Shown one piece after another: positions 45,527 through 54,734 of a stretch of 64,000 nucleotides of DNA; the stretch's first letter is position 1; each line of letters starts with the position of its first letter. Location: NCBI GenBank assembly GCA_045541395.1, contig JAZQIZ010000027.1:14006-78005 (forward strand). The letters are read 5' to 3'. Source of the stretch: Eubacteriales bacterium (lineage in GTDB: Bacteria > Bacillota > Clostridia > Oscillospirales > UMGS1783). Below the pieces are notes generated by a model that did not search any database, had not been told where the DNA came from, and saw only the letters and a list, made by a program, of their open reading frames with translations. A program made the translations under genes and the position numbers.

Positions 45527-48500
45527 TTATATTAAGCCTTCGGATCTGAGCCAATCAAGAAGCTCGTTTGCATAAACCTCATTATCTTCCACACGGGGAT
45601 GACCGGGATGAGAAAGTGTTCTTTCCATATGGAAGTATACGTTAAGATCACCGTCCTCATTTCTAACGGTATTAACCGCCTCTTCTATAAGATCAGAGGG
45701 GCTGGTAATTATAATGCCGTAGGTACATACAATAGGAGCGTTGGGATAACGTTCCCTTAAATATCTTAACAATTCAACGTAAGAATCAACAAAGGCTTTC
45801 TTTCTTACGGGGTTTGCACCGATATAGTCGTTATCGTTAGTACCTAAGTTAATTATAATAAGATCGGTACGGGTATTGTCAAGGCCAAGCTCGCCTTCAT
45901 AACCCCAGAACAAGTCGGTATATCTGTAACGTGCGGTTATATTTCTGCCTACCTGAACGTCTCTTCTTACAGGACCCGCAGATTCGTTACAAGCAGCGCC
46001 GGAATTTGCGAATACGGTAAAGTCGGCATCCAGCTTTCTTGCAAGCATAGCATAAGCGGTATTGTAAGAGTTTTCTTCTTTCAGAACATAAGGACCTTCA
46101 TACAGGCCGGGGGTTTCATTATACATACCGGCGGAAATAGAGTCACCTATTATCTGAATACCAATATCCTTTCGGGAATTGGGAGCAAGCAGCTGACCGT
46201 CAACCTTAATGCCGCTGATAAGAGCAGAGGAATATGCGGTCTGATTCTGCTTAAGGATCTTAACGGTATGTTCACCTTCTTCAAGGCCTTCGGCTAAGGT
46301 ATACCATGCCTTGGAGCCTGTAAGGGTGAGTACCTTGGAGGGAGTATCTTCACCGTCAACGAATACCTGAATTAAGGGATAGGTTGAATTATCAAAAATA
46401 GTATTGCCTATAAGCTCAACCTGAGCCTTGGTGCCCTTGAAGTTAAATTCAACACCGGAGCAGCTCCAGTTAAAGTTATAGCCTTTAAGGGTTTCGTTGT
46501 AATAAGTTCTGCCTATGTGACGAACGTTATTCTGTGTTACGGTTATAACGCCCTGCTCGTTGGCTGTAAGTTCTTCCTCGGTAGGATCAACCTCGGGAGC
46601 AAGGGACATCTCGGGAGCGGTAAGCTCCTTGCCCTGCGCTAAAGCTTTAGCTAAAACAGTGGCGTCATCCATTGTAATACCGGCTACACCGTCAAGCTCG
46701 GCTACTGCAAGGCCGCCTTCGGCAACAACGGTGTTTTCTTCTTTAATGAGATAATTAATAAGAAGAATAAGGTCATCGTCATCAACGTCACCGTCGCAAT
46801 CAATATCACCGTATTTGCTTATAAATAAAACATTATAAGAAAAGTCCTTATCAAGATAGGAGCATTCCACCTCATACTCGGTGCCGCCTGTAATATTTGC
46901 AGGGAAGCCGGAGGTTATCATAGAAACCTTAAGAAGCTCAGTTGCAACAGGCTTATCCTCAACGGTATCACCGCCTAAGATTATTGCTATCTCACCGCCG
47001 GAGGTAACGAAATGATCATCACTTAAGCTGTATTCGGTTTTAGGAAGCTTGGAAATTTCAATACTGTCTACAGAATAATAAACTATAGGGAGAACAAATT
47101 CATTGCCTTTGTAGGTACAAATGATTTCCTGTACAGTATCGGGGTTTTCGGTAGAAACATAGTACTTGCCGTTTCCATCCGGATTAAGGTTAATGCCAAC
47201 GGACTTTAAGTTGGGCTCGATAATATAATTATCATCACCGTTTGCCTTTAATTTTAAACCGGTAAGGTCAAGCTCGGTATTCTCGCCGTAATAAAGCTTT
47301 GAGGGCATCTGTTCTACTTCAAGGGAAAGGATCTCGCCGCGGCTATCCACAAGATCGCCGTTAAGAACGCTTACGCCGTAGAAATAGAATTCTTCGTTAT
47401 TACCGATAACATTATCGCCGTTGGTAATGGTAACCTTATGATCTCCTTCGCTGAGGCCGGTTACGGAATACACGGCGTAATCTGCAACAACACCTTCAAC
47501 CACCATTTCCATAGGAACGGGATCAGAGCCGTCAATGCTGATATAAGCAACGTCGTTATTATAAATTATCCAGCCGCCTTTTCCGTCAGACTGAACGTTT
47601 ACCATTGCATAAACCTTGAAGCCGTCACCGTCAACGTTGAAGGTAACTTTATCGCCTCTTGCTACAGCTCTCATATAAGGAGAAAGCTGGCCCCAGTTGC
47701 CTGTATATTCATAATCGGGATGAATAACACCCTTATCGTCTACAGCGCGGATAATGTCGCTCCACTGAGGGGGCTCGAGCATATAGCCACCGCTTGAAAG
47801 CTGAACGCCGTGGAAGAAGAACTGAGCGCCCCACTGGCTTTCTCTGCCGCGGTTTTCTATTGTTACGGTATGTCTGCCTTCTTCAAGGCCCTTTGCTTCG
47901 TAAACGATAGCAGCTGTACCGGGAGTTGCTTCAACCCACATATCGGCCTTTACAAACTCGCCGCCGTCAAGGCTTACGTAAACCTCATCATTGTTCCAGG
48001 ACTGGCCGTTCTGAACGTTAACACAAGCAATCAGACGAACGCCTGTACCGTAAAAAGCAAAGTCACATACGCCGCCTGCTGCGCCGGAATGCATATATTT
48101 TGTAATACCGTCACCAAAGATATTCCATGCAACGCCGGTAAATGCAAAGGCAGTGGAGGGAACGTCATTTTTATCAACTGCAACAATTTCCTCATCCCAG
48201 CTTACAACAGGCTGTACGGAGCCGTTTTCAACACTTACGCTGTTCAGATAGAAACTGTTTGAAATAGCGGGAGCGCTATACTGGCCGCAGGTTATAACCG
48301 CAGTATGGTCACCTGCAGTAAGGCCCGTAATTTCAAATACGTCCTGATGCGCAATGGTGTGGGTCTCGGCTACCATATTAAGAGGCATTGCCTCTCCACC
48401 GTCGATGCTTATCTTCACGTCATTATTAACACAAGAGTCAAGAACACCGTCACCGGTAACGTCCTGTGTATTAACGAATGCGTTTACTTTAAGGCCTGTA

Positions 48501-49213
48501 CCGTTAAACTTAAAGGAAACTTTTTCACCGTTAAGCCAGCATTCATAGGAATTGCCTGTCCATACGTCGGAAGGATTAAGCACTCTCCAGTTAACAGAAA
48601 AGTCAAACTTTTCGGTATCGGGATTTTGGGAGGAATTAAGTACCTTGTATACGGACCAATTTGAGGTATGCCCCATCTTGCCGTTAAGAATACTTACACT
48701 GTTTAAATAAAAGCTGTTTGAAATGGCGGGAGCGCTGTACTGGCCGCAGGTTATAACCGCAGTATGGTCACCTGCAGTAAGGCCCGTAATTTCAAATACG
48801 TCCTGATGAGCAATGGTGGTGGTCTCGGCTACCATATTAAGAGGTAACGCTTCACCGCCGTCTATGCTTATCTTTACGTCATTATTAACACAAGAGTCAA
48901 GAACACCGTCACCGGTAACGTCCTGTGTATTAACGAATGCGTTTACTTTAAGGCCTGTACCGTTAAACTTAAAGGATACTTTTTCGCCGTTAAGCCAGCA
49001 TTCATAGGAATCACCTGTCCAAACATCTGAAGGATTAAGAACGCGCCAGAGGCTTGACCAAGTAAAATTCTCGGTATCGGGGGCCTTGGTGGCAGTATCG
49101 GCAATAACCTTATACTCTGTCCACTGATCAGCCGCCATAACCGGCATTATACCCAGCATAAGTATTGCAACCAAAGTTAGTGCAAGTACTCTGAGGGCGG
49201 AACGTTTTTTCAT
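45527..49213 (-). CDS. secreted dockerin-containing carbohydrate esterase (CE2-like jelly-roll + SGNH/GDSL hydrolase) with four N-terminal beta-sandwich modules and Ig-like domains
   Basis: 1228 aa with a signal peptide. The SGNH blocks are IIGDSISAG, an NSG-containing Gly block, INLGTNDN and a C-terminal HP. A CE2_N-like segment (HIGRTYY..NFNWSCSGVEFNFKGT) is present. Confidence 0.75.
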   Translation of the reverse strand: MKKRSALRVLALTLVAILMLGIMPVMAADQWTEYKVIADTATKAPDTENFTWSSLWRVLNPSDVWTGDSYECWLNGEKVSFKFNGTGLKVNAFVNTQDVTGDGVLDSCVNNDVKISIDGGEALPLNMVAETTTIAHQDVFEITGLTAGDHTAVITCGQYSAPAISNSFYLNSVSILNGKMGHTSNWSVYKVLNSSQNPDTEKFDFSVNWRVLNPSDVWTGNSYECWLNGEKVSFKFNGTGLKVNAFVNTQDVTGDGVLDSCVNNDVKISIDGGEAMPLNMVAETHTIAHQDVFEITGLTAGDHTAVITCGQYSAPAISNSFYLNSVSVENGSVQPVVSWDEEIVAVDKNDVPSTAFAFTGVAWNIFGDGITKYMHSGAAGGVCDFAFYGTGVRLIACVNVQNGQSWNNDEVYVSLDGGEFVKADMWVEATPGTAAIVYEAKGLEEGRHTVTIENRGRESQWGAQFFFHGVQLSSGGYMLEPPQWSDIIRAVDDKGVIHPDYEYTGNWGQLSPYMRAVARGDKVTFNVDGDGFKVYAMVNVQSDGKGGWIIYNNDVAYISIDGSDPVPMEMVVEGVVADYAVYSVTGLSEGDHKVTITNGDNVIGNNEEFYFYGVSVLNGDLVDSRGEILSLEVEQMPSKLYYGENTELDLTGLKLKANGDDNYIIEPNLKSVGINLNPDGNGKYYVSTENPDTVQEIICTYKGNEFVLPIVYYSVDSIEISKLPKTEYSLSDDHFVTSGGEIAIILGGDTVEDKPVATELLKVSMITSGFPANITGGTEYEVECSYLDKDFSYNVLFISKYGDIDCDGDVDDDDLILLINYLIKEENTVVAEGGLAVAELDGVAGITMDDATVLAKALAQGKELTAPEMSLAPEVDPTEEELTANEQGVITVTQNNVRHIGRTYYNETLKGYNFNWSCSGVEFNFKGTKAQVELIGNTIFDNSTYPLIQVFVDGEDTPSKVLTLTGSKAWYTLAEGLEEGEHTVKILKQNQTAYSSALISGIKVDGQLLAPNSRKDIGIQIIGDSISAGMYNETPGLYEGPYVLKEENSYNTAYAMLARKLDADFTVFANSGAACNESAGPVRRDVQVGRNITARYRYTDLFWGYEGELGLDNTRTDLIIINLGTNDNDYIGANPVRKKAFVDSYVELLRYLRERYPNAPIVCTYGIIITSPSDLIEEAVNTVRNEDGDLNVYFHMERTLSHPGHPRVEDNEVYANELLDWLRSEGLI
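46631..46819 (-). other. type-I-like dockerin module inside the esterase
   Basis: The first F-hand is complete: YGDIDCDGDVDDDDLILLINYL. The second is less canonical: ELDGVAGITMDDATVLAKAL. Confidence 0.7.
48233..49048. repeat. in-frame 459-bp tandem duplication (two ~153-aa modules) within the esterase gene
   Basis: The cores at 48233-48589 and 48692-49048 encode 119 aa with only 3 substitutions. Two more diverged copies follow downstream in the protein. Confidence 0.9.
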
Positions 49214-49231
49214 TATACTCTCTCCTTTTTT

Positions 49232-49288
49232 AAATATTCTTTTCTGATTTCATTATATAGCATAATTTTTAAGAAGAAAAGAATATTT
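49232..49288. promoter_or_regulatory. 14-bp perfect inverted repeat bracketing the putative -10 of the esterase promoter
   Basis: AAATATTCTTTTCT (49232-49245) and AGAAAAGAATATTT (49275-49288) are separated by 29 bp. That spacer contains TATAAT (minus strand, 49257-49252). Confidence 0.6.
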
Positions 49289-49289
49289 T

Positions 49290-49305
49290 AGTTTATCGTT
49301 AAACT
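49290..49305. promoter_or_regulatory. LacI-family-type palindromic operator candidate
   Basis: AGTTTATCGTTAAACT has 7 of 8 symmetric pairs around a central CG. It lies between the divergent esterase and LacI-family genes. Confidence 0.45.
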
Positions 49306-49431
49306 TTCTACCTTTTGCACAAAAAATGCCTGATCTGAATTTTTTATTTTAGGTGTTTTTGCATATATGAAAAGGACTTATTTGACAAAGTTATTCGAAA
49401 TATGTTAGTATTAATAGAAGAGGTGGTTTTT

Positions 49432-50493
49432 ATGGAGAAGCTTTTTTCTGTGGAAAGCATAGAATCGGGCAAGGTCACAATTAAAGATATTGCAAAAATA
49501 GCCAACGTTTCGGCAACTGCTGTCAGTAACGCTTTGTCGGGCAAGCCAAATATAAGCGCCAAAATGAGAGAGCTCATTATGCAAACGGCTGAGGAACTTG
49601 GCTACACCCCGAATCTTACAGCCCGTTCTCTTAACAGGAGCAATATCCGCATCGCTCTGATTTTACCGGATAACCCCACTGAGATCTCACAGCAGTACAT
49701 AAATGGGATGAAGAAGGCTATCAAAAGTTATTCAGGCGCTAAGCTTGAATGTGATATTATAACCTATGCCACCACCGACGATCACGCACGTCATGCTCTT
49801 TTGCATATTGCGGAAAATCCTTACGATGGAATTATTATTTCATTTCCCAACATTCATGAATACAAACATAAGGATATTTTTAAAAAGATCAACGAAAAGA
49901 ATATTCCCGTTATTTCTATAGTTGACGCTCTCAGTGAGTTAAATACCTGCGCAAATGTAATGGTTGACGCCAAAACGGGCGGCGCCTTAGCAGCAGATAT
50001 TATAGGAAACTGTATAGGTGAAGAATCCTGCGCTGTATTTACGGCAGTCAACCCCTTGCAGATCGTACATAAAAGCTACATTGAGGGCTTCAAGGAAGAG
50101 CTTAAATTTTACAACACAAAAATAAGCGAGATCTTTTATTCTACCGACGTAAACAACACCGCCTACTCCAGAGCTAAGGACTGTTTTTCTCAGAAAAACC
50201 CGCCTAAAGCCGCATTTGCAACCTGCTATAACGCCTTTGAAATATGCAATGCTTTAAAGGAGCTCGGCCTGGACAGAAGTATTAAGGTAGTTGGAGTGGA
50301 CACCACAGATAAAAACTACACCTGTCTTTCTAACGGAAGCCTTACTGCAACCATATATCAGAGGCAGGATGAGCAAATAAGAAGAGCATTTTTAACGCTT
50401 ATTGATTGTATTCTTACCAATAACGCCGAGCGCAGAGAAAACATTCTTGTTACGCCTAATATTATTACCAAAAGCAGAGCCGGTCATAAATAA
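49432..50493 (+). CDS. LacI-family transcriptional regulator
   Basis: Start trimmed to ATG 49432 (MEKLFSV), with GAGGTG upstream. Contains the HTH TIKDIAKIANVSATAVSNALSG and a periplasmic-binding-protein-like effector domain. Confidence 0.85.
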   Translation: MEKLFSVESIESGKVTIKDIAKIANVSATAVSNALSGKPNISAKMRELIMQTAEELGYTPNLTARSLNRSNIRIALILPDNPTEISQQYINGMKKAIKSYSGAKLECDIITYATTDDHARHALLHIAENPYDGIIISFPNIHEYKHKDIFKKINEKNIPVISIVDALSELNTCANVMVDAKTGGALAADIIGNCIGEESCAVFTAVNPLQIVHKSYIEGFKEELKFYNTKISEIFYSTDVNNTAYSRAKDCFSQKNPPKAAFATCYNAFEICNALKELGLDRSIKVVGVDTTDKNYTCLSNGSLTATIYQRQDEQIRRAFLTLIDCILTNNAERRENILVTPNIITKSRAGHK

Positions 50494-50506
50494 AAAAACA
50501 AGGGAG

Positions 50507-51400
50507 CTAAATGCTTCCTTGTTTTATTTTGTTTTCTGCCATATATTTTGTAAGGTAATTTAATACTCTTTTTTTATCTGCACTCCATAACGGAGATATA
50601 AGCTCTTTTTTATTGCCGTCTCCGGTTATGCGGTGAACCGTAATATTCTTATTAAGCCTTTGAATGCAACCGCAAAGAAGCCTTGTATACTCATCTAAAG
50701 ACAATGCATTATACTTCATTTTCTCCATAGCGGTATTTTTCAGTACGTGGAGAAGCTGCAATTTTACACCGTTTACAGGTAAGGAATTTATATGACCGAC
50801 AGTATTGTAAAGTTCTTTTTCGGTTTCGCCGGGTAAACCTATTATTACGTGGGCAATGACCTGCTGACAAAACGGACTTAGGGCCATTACCGCCTTATCA
50901 AAAACTTCGGTTTTATAGCCTCTGTTTATTAACAACGCGGTGTGATCATTTGATGATTGCAGCCCAAGCTCCACCCATAAAGGCTTTATTTGGCTTACCC
51001 GCTTCAGAATATCCAATACATCCTGCCCAAGGCAGTCAGGGCGGGTGGCAACGCTTATTACCTGAATGTCCTCCCTGTTTGCCGCTTCAAGAAGAGCTTC
51101 TTTTAAAAGGGCAGGGCTTACGTAGGTAGTGGTAAAAGACTGAAAATAGGCAATATAGCCTACGTTGCCTTTGATTTTTTTTGCAACCGATTTCTTCGCA
51201 TTTTCAATTTGCCTGTGGATATCGCTACCCTTTTGGGCGAAATCACCGCTTCCGCTGCCGGAGCAGAAAATACAGCCACCCTTTGATAAGGTACCGTCAC
51301 GGTTAGGGCAGGTATTTGCAAGAGAAAGGCTCAAACGGTAAAGCTTTCTGCCGTAGTTTTCAAGGCAGAAAGCTGTTATATCTTTATAAGGTTTTTCCAT
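50507..51400 (-). CDS. radical SAM protein, TIGR01212/YhcC-type
   Basis: 297 aa with CPNRDGTLSKGGCIFC (Cx10CxxC). Confidence 0.8.
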   Translation of the reverse strand: MEKPYKDITAFCLENYGRKLYRLSLSLANTCPNRDGTLSKGGCIFCSGSGSGDFAQKGSDIHRQIENAKKSVAKKIKGNVGYIAYFQSFTTTYVSPALLKEALLEAANREDIQVISVATRPDCLGQDVLDILKRVSQIKPLWVELGLQSSNDHTALLINRGYKTEVFDKAVMALSPFCQQVIAHVIIGLPGETEKELYNTVGHINSLPVNGVKLQLLHVLKNTAMEKMKYNALSLDEYTRLLCGCIQRLNKNITVHRITGDGNKKELISPLWSADKKRVLNYLTKYMAENKIKQGSI

Positions 51401-51567
51401 TAGTCCACAAGCTCAATATTATCAAGCTGAGCCTTGACCTGACCGCGAATGGCGGCAATGTATTCTTTTCTCAAAGCGGCCTGTTCTTCCTTTTCCTTTT
51501 CCGTAAGGCCTTGAGGAGTGCGGCTTTTTTGAGCAAGTTCGTTTATTCTTTTAATAAGCTCTGTCAT
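51400..51567 (-). CDS. DUF896/UPF0291-family small protein (YnzC-like)
   Basis: Start trimmed to ATG 51567 (MTELIKRINELAQKSRT..LTEKEKEEQAALRKEY). ATGA overlap with the upstream gene and TAATG overlap with the downstream gene. Confidence 0.75.
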   Translation of the reverse strand: MTELIKRINELAQKSRTPQGLTEKEKEEQAALRKEYIAAIRGQVKAQLDNIELVD

Positions 51568-52859
51568 TTTCTGCCCTTCTTTCTTAAGGATCTGAGTATC
51601 TTCACCCTCAAATACTGCAAAAGCAGCATTATAATAAGCGCCACGATGATCGCCCCAATGAAGATCAAAAGGTATTGCCAACCGGAAACAAGCTTTAAGC
51701 CCTGCAATACAGATTTAAAATTACTGTATTCGGCGTCGGCCACAGTCACAACATCGCTTGAGCCGACAAACTTATCTTCACAGTCATAATAATTGATCGT
51801 ACCTACAACGGTACCTGCTTTCAAAGGCGCTATGTACTCACCAATAATATCAATTTCACCTGTAAAACTTTCGGCGGTTGTACCGGTATCACAAACCACG
51901 GTCAGCGGCTCGGATACTGCAATTTCAACCTCATCCCCACCCTTCATATTGGTTACGGGAAGAGTACCGACTACCTGTCCGTTTTCATTTACTTGGCAGA
52001 CGGCGTAAGAATTGAACGCATCCTCCAAAAGCGACCTTGTGTCTGAATAAGTATAAGGTATCTTACCTTCTTCGGGGTAATCACAACCTAATACCACCGC
52101 AATATATTCCAAACCGTTTTTCTCGGCGTATGAAATAAGGCAGCTGCCGGCGTAAACGTCGGTCCCGGTTTTGGAGCCTTTGATGGGCCCGTAATAATAC
52201 TCACTGTCCACATTCATCATACGGTTCGTATGATGATAGGTTGTACTGTAACCCTCAATATCAAGATCGTATTCGGTTGTGGATATCATTTCAAGGAATT
52301 TTTCATCCTCGAGACAATACTTAAAAATAGTTATAAGATCGGAGGCCGAAGAATACTGGCCGATCTCATCAATACCGTGAGGATTAACAAAGCCTGTATT
52401 CTCACATCCAAGCTCTGCTACCAAACGGTTCATTTCCCCTGAAAATGCATCGACTGTGCCCGAAACCGCAACCGCAAGGGCAATGGCCGCATCGTTACCT
52501 GAAGGCAGAAGCAAGCAGTAAAGAAGCTGCTCGTAGGTATAAACCTCGCCTACCGCAAGACCCGCCGTAGAGGAATCAAAGGGCACGAGGCTCAGCATAT
52601 CTTCGGTTATTTCAACCTCCCGGGAAAGATCATCTATTTTCTCAAGCACTACTTTGGCGGTAACTATTTTAGCAACAGATGCTATGGAACATTCCTGTGT
52701 GGAATTCTTATCATACACTATCCTGTCTGCATCGATCGAATAAACAGCAGCTCTTTTTGCGTTGGTTACGGTTTCAAGAGGTGTGTATGCAAAAGCAGGC
52801 AGCTGTGCAAAAAGCACAGCCACCAGCAATATAACTATAATTCTGCTGAATTTTTTCAT
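51564..52859 (-). CDS. serine-type D-alanyl-D-alanine carboxypeptidase with C-terminal membrane anchor
   Basis: 431 aa with SxxK (SVAK), SGN (PSGNDAA), KTG (SKTGT) and a C-terminal TM. Confidence 0.85.
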   Translation of the reverse strand: MKKFSRIIVILLVAVLFAQLPAFAYTPLETVTNAKRAAVYSIDADRIVYDKNSTQECSIASVAKIVTAKVVLEKIDDLSREVEITEDMLSLVPFDSSTAGLAVGEVYTYEQLLYCLLLPSGNDAAIALAVAVSGTVDAFSGEMNRLVAELGCENTGFVNPHGIDEIGQYSSASDLITIFKYCLEDEKFLEMISTTEYDLDIEGYSTTYHHTNRMMNVDSEYYYGPIKGSKTGTDVYAGSCLISYAEKNGLEYIAVVLGCDYPEEGKIPYTYSDTRSLLEDAFNSYAVCQVNENGQVVGTLPVTNMKGGDEVEIAVSEPLTVVCDTGTTAESFTGEIDIIGEYIAPLKAGTVVGTINYYDCEDKFVGSSDVVTVADAEYSNFKSVLQGLKLVSGWQYLLIFIGAIIVALIIMLLLQYLRVKILRSLRKKGRK

Positions 52860-52871
52860 AAAAGTTCCTTT

Positions 52872-53912
52872 TTACTGACCTAAGTTTGTCCAGATATCGT
52901 TATACATAGCGTATATTTCATCGGGAAGGGCAGAATACATCTCGCATTTATCCAAATACTCATCGGAAGGATAAAGAGCGGGATTATTTTTTATTTCATC
53001 GGAAAGCATTTCCTGAGAAAGCATATTGGGGGTAGACGCATAGATCATTTCGGTATTACGCTTACCGCTTTCTGCTTCCAGCATAAAGTTAATATATTCT
53101 GCAGCCTCATCCTGATTCTCGCCTGTTTTGGGAATAACAAAGCTGTCAACGTAATAGTTGGTTCCTTCTTCAGGAAGGGCGAATGCTAGAGCAGGGTTAT
53201 TTTCCATCATAACCATAGCATCACCTGCATAATAGCAGCAAAGGGCAGCGCTGTTGGATTCCATTTTGTTATAGGACTGATCCATAACGTAAGCCTGAAG
53301 AATATCCTTTTGCTTAACGAGCTGATTTTCCGCGCCTAAAATTTCGGTTTCATCTACTGTATTAAGGGAAAAGCCCAGCTTCTTTAAGGCAACGGCCACA
53401 GCGTCACGCTGATTGCCCACCATAAGGATATTACCTGCATAATCCTCATCCCAAAGAATGTCCCAGCTTGTTACGGGCTCTTTTACCATTTCAGTATTAT
53501 AGATTATGCCTAAAACGCCCCAAACGTAAGGTACGCTGTATTTATTCTCAGGGTCAAAGGGAAGATCTTTAAACTTAGGATCAATATTTTCATAGTTGGG
53601 GATAAGAGAAAAATCTATTTCTGCGAGCATATCCTCGTTTATCATTTTCTCTATCATATAGTCGGAAGGTACTACTACATCATACTTGGCGCTGCCGTTT
53701 TTAATGGTTGCGTACAAAGATTCGTTAGTATCAAAATAATCGTAAACCACCTTGATACCCGTCTTGGCGGTAAATTCATCGTTGAGGCTTTCATCAAGGT
53801 ATTCGCCCCAGTTGCAAACGTAAACAACTCTTTGGTCTGCAGAAGAGCCGCAGCCGCTAAAGATCGCGCAGATTAAAAGCGCCGAAAGTAATAATGCAAG
53901 TAATTTTTTCAA
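52872..53912 (-). CDS. potD: spermidine/putrescine ABC transporter substrate-binding lipoprotein
   Basis: 346 aa with lipobox FSGC. PotD-like pattern, last gene of the potABCD order. Confidence 0.85.
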   Translation of the reverse strand: MKKLLALLLSALLICAIFSGCGSSADQRVVYVCNWGEYLDESLNDEFTAKTGIKVVYDYFDTNESLYATIKNGSAKYDVVVPSDYMIEKMINEDMLAEIDFSLIPNYENIDPKFKDLPFDPENKYSVPYVWGVLGIIYNTEMVKEPVTSWDILWDEDYAGNILMVGNQRDAVAVALKKLGFSLNTVDETEILGAENQLVKQKDILQAYVMDQSYNKMESNSAALCCYYAGDAMVMMENNPALAFALPEEGTNYYVDSFVIPKTGENQDEAAEYINFMLEAESGKRNTEMIYASTPNMLSQEMLSDEIKNNPALYPSDEYLDKCEMYSALPDEIYAMYNDIWTNLGQ

Positions 53913-53933
53913 CTCATGTGTCCTCCAAAAATT

Positions 53934-54734
53934 TTATATTCTTTTTTCGGCCCGGGCCGGTTTCTTTACACGGTCCTGCCGTAAATTAACTATAATAAGC
54001 AATACAAGCACCACCACAAAAAGTAAGGTTGAAAGTGCGTTTATTTTGGGGGTAACTTTACGCTTTGTCATAGAATAAATTACAATAGGCAAAGTCTGAA
54101 CGCCTGTACCTTTTGTAAAATAGCTTATAATAAAATCGTCAATAGACATGGTGAATGCCATAATAAGACCTGTTACAACACCCGGCTTAATAGAAGGATA
54201 TACAACCTTTCTTAAGGCGGTGAAGGGCCTTGCGCCAAGGTCAAGCGCCGCTTCGTATTCACTCATATTAAGCTGACGAAGCTTTGGCATTACCGAAAGG
54301 ATAACGTAAGGGATATTAAAGGTGGTATGGGATATTATTAAGGTCAACAGCCCGAACTCCAGGCTAAGCATCTGGAAAACCAGCATAAGGGAAATGGCCG
54401 TAAGGATATCCGGATTAAGGACCGGCAGGTAGGTTATATTCATAATAAGATCCTTGGGCTTGCTCTTCATACAGAATATGCCTACAGCCGCAAGAGTACC
54501 AACAACAGTTGCCAGCGCCGAAGAGATAACACCTACAATAAGGGTATTTTTCAAAGCAATAAGAATGGATGAATCAGAAAAAAGATCCGCATACCATCTT
54601 AAGGAAAAGCCCGAAAAGGCTGTTTGGGAGTTGGCCTCGTTAAAGGAGAAAAATATAAGCACAAGTATAGGTGCATATAAAAACAAGAATACGAAAATAA
54701 GGATAAGCCTTGAGAATAAACCCGTTTTTTTCAT
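53934..54734 (-). CDS. potC: spermidine/putrescine ABC transporter permease
   Basis: 266 aa with 6 TM segments and an EAA-type loop (EAALDLGA). Confidence 0.85.
   Translation of the reverse strand: MKKTGLFSRLILIFVFLFLYAPILVLIFFSFNEANSQTAFSGFSLRWYADLFSDSSILIALKNTLIVGVISSALATVVGTLAAVGIFCMKSKPKDLIMNITYLPVLNPDILTAISLMLVFQMLSLEFGLLTLIISHTTFNIPYVILSVMPKLRQLNMSEYEAALDLGARPFTALRKVVYPSIKPGVVTGLIMAFTMSIDDFIISYFTKGTGVQTLPIVIYSMTKRKVTPKINALSTLLFVVVLVLLIIVNLRQDRVKKPARAEKRI

Noticed and set aside
47438-48664. Several 119-150 aa plus-strand ORFs, two of which (48354-48548 and 48813-49007) are near-identical
   Set aside because: They are antisense shadows of the esterase gene. The two near-identical ones simply reflect the 459-bp tandem duplication on the coding strand.
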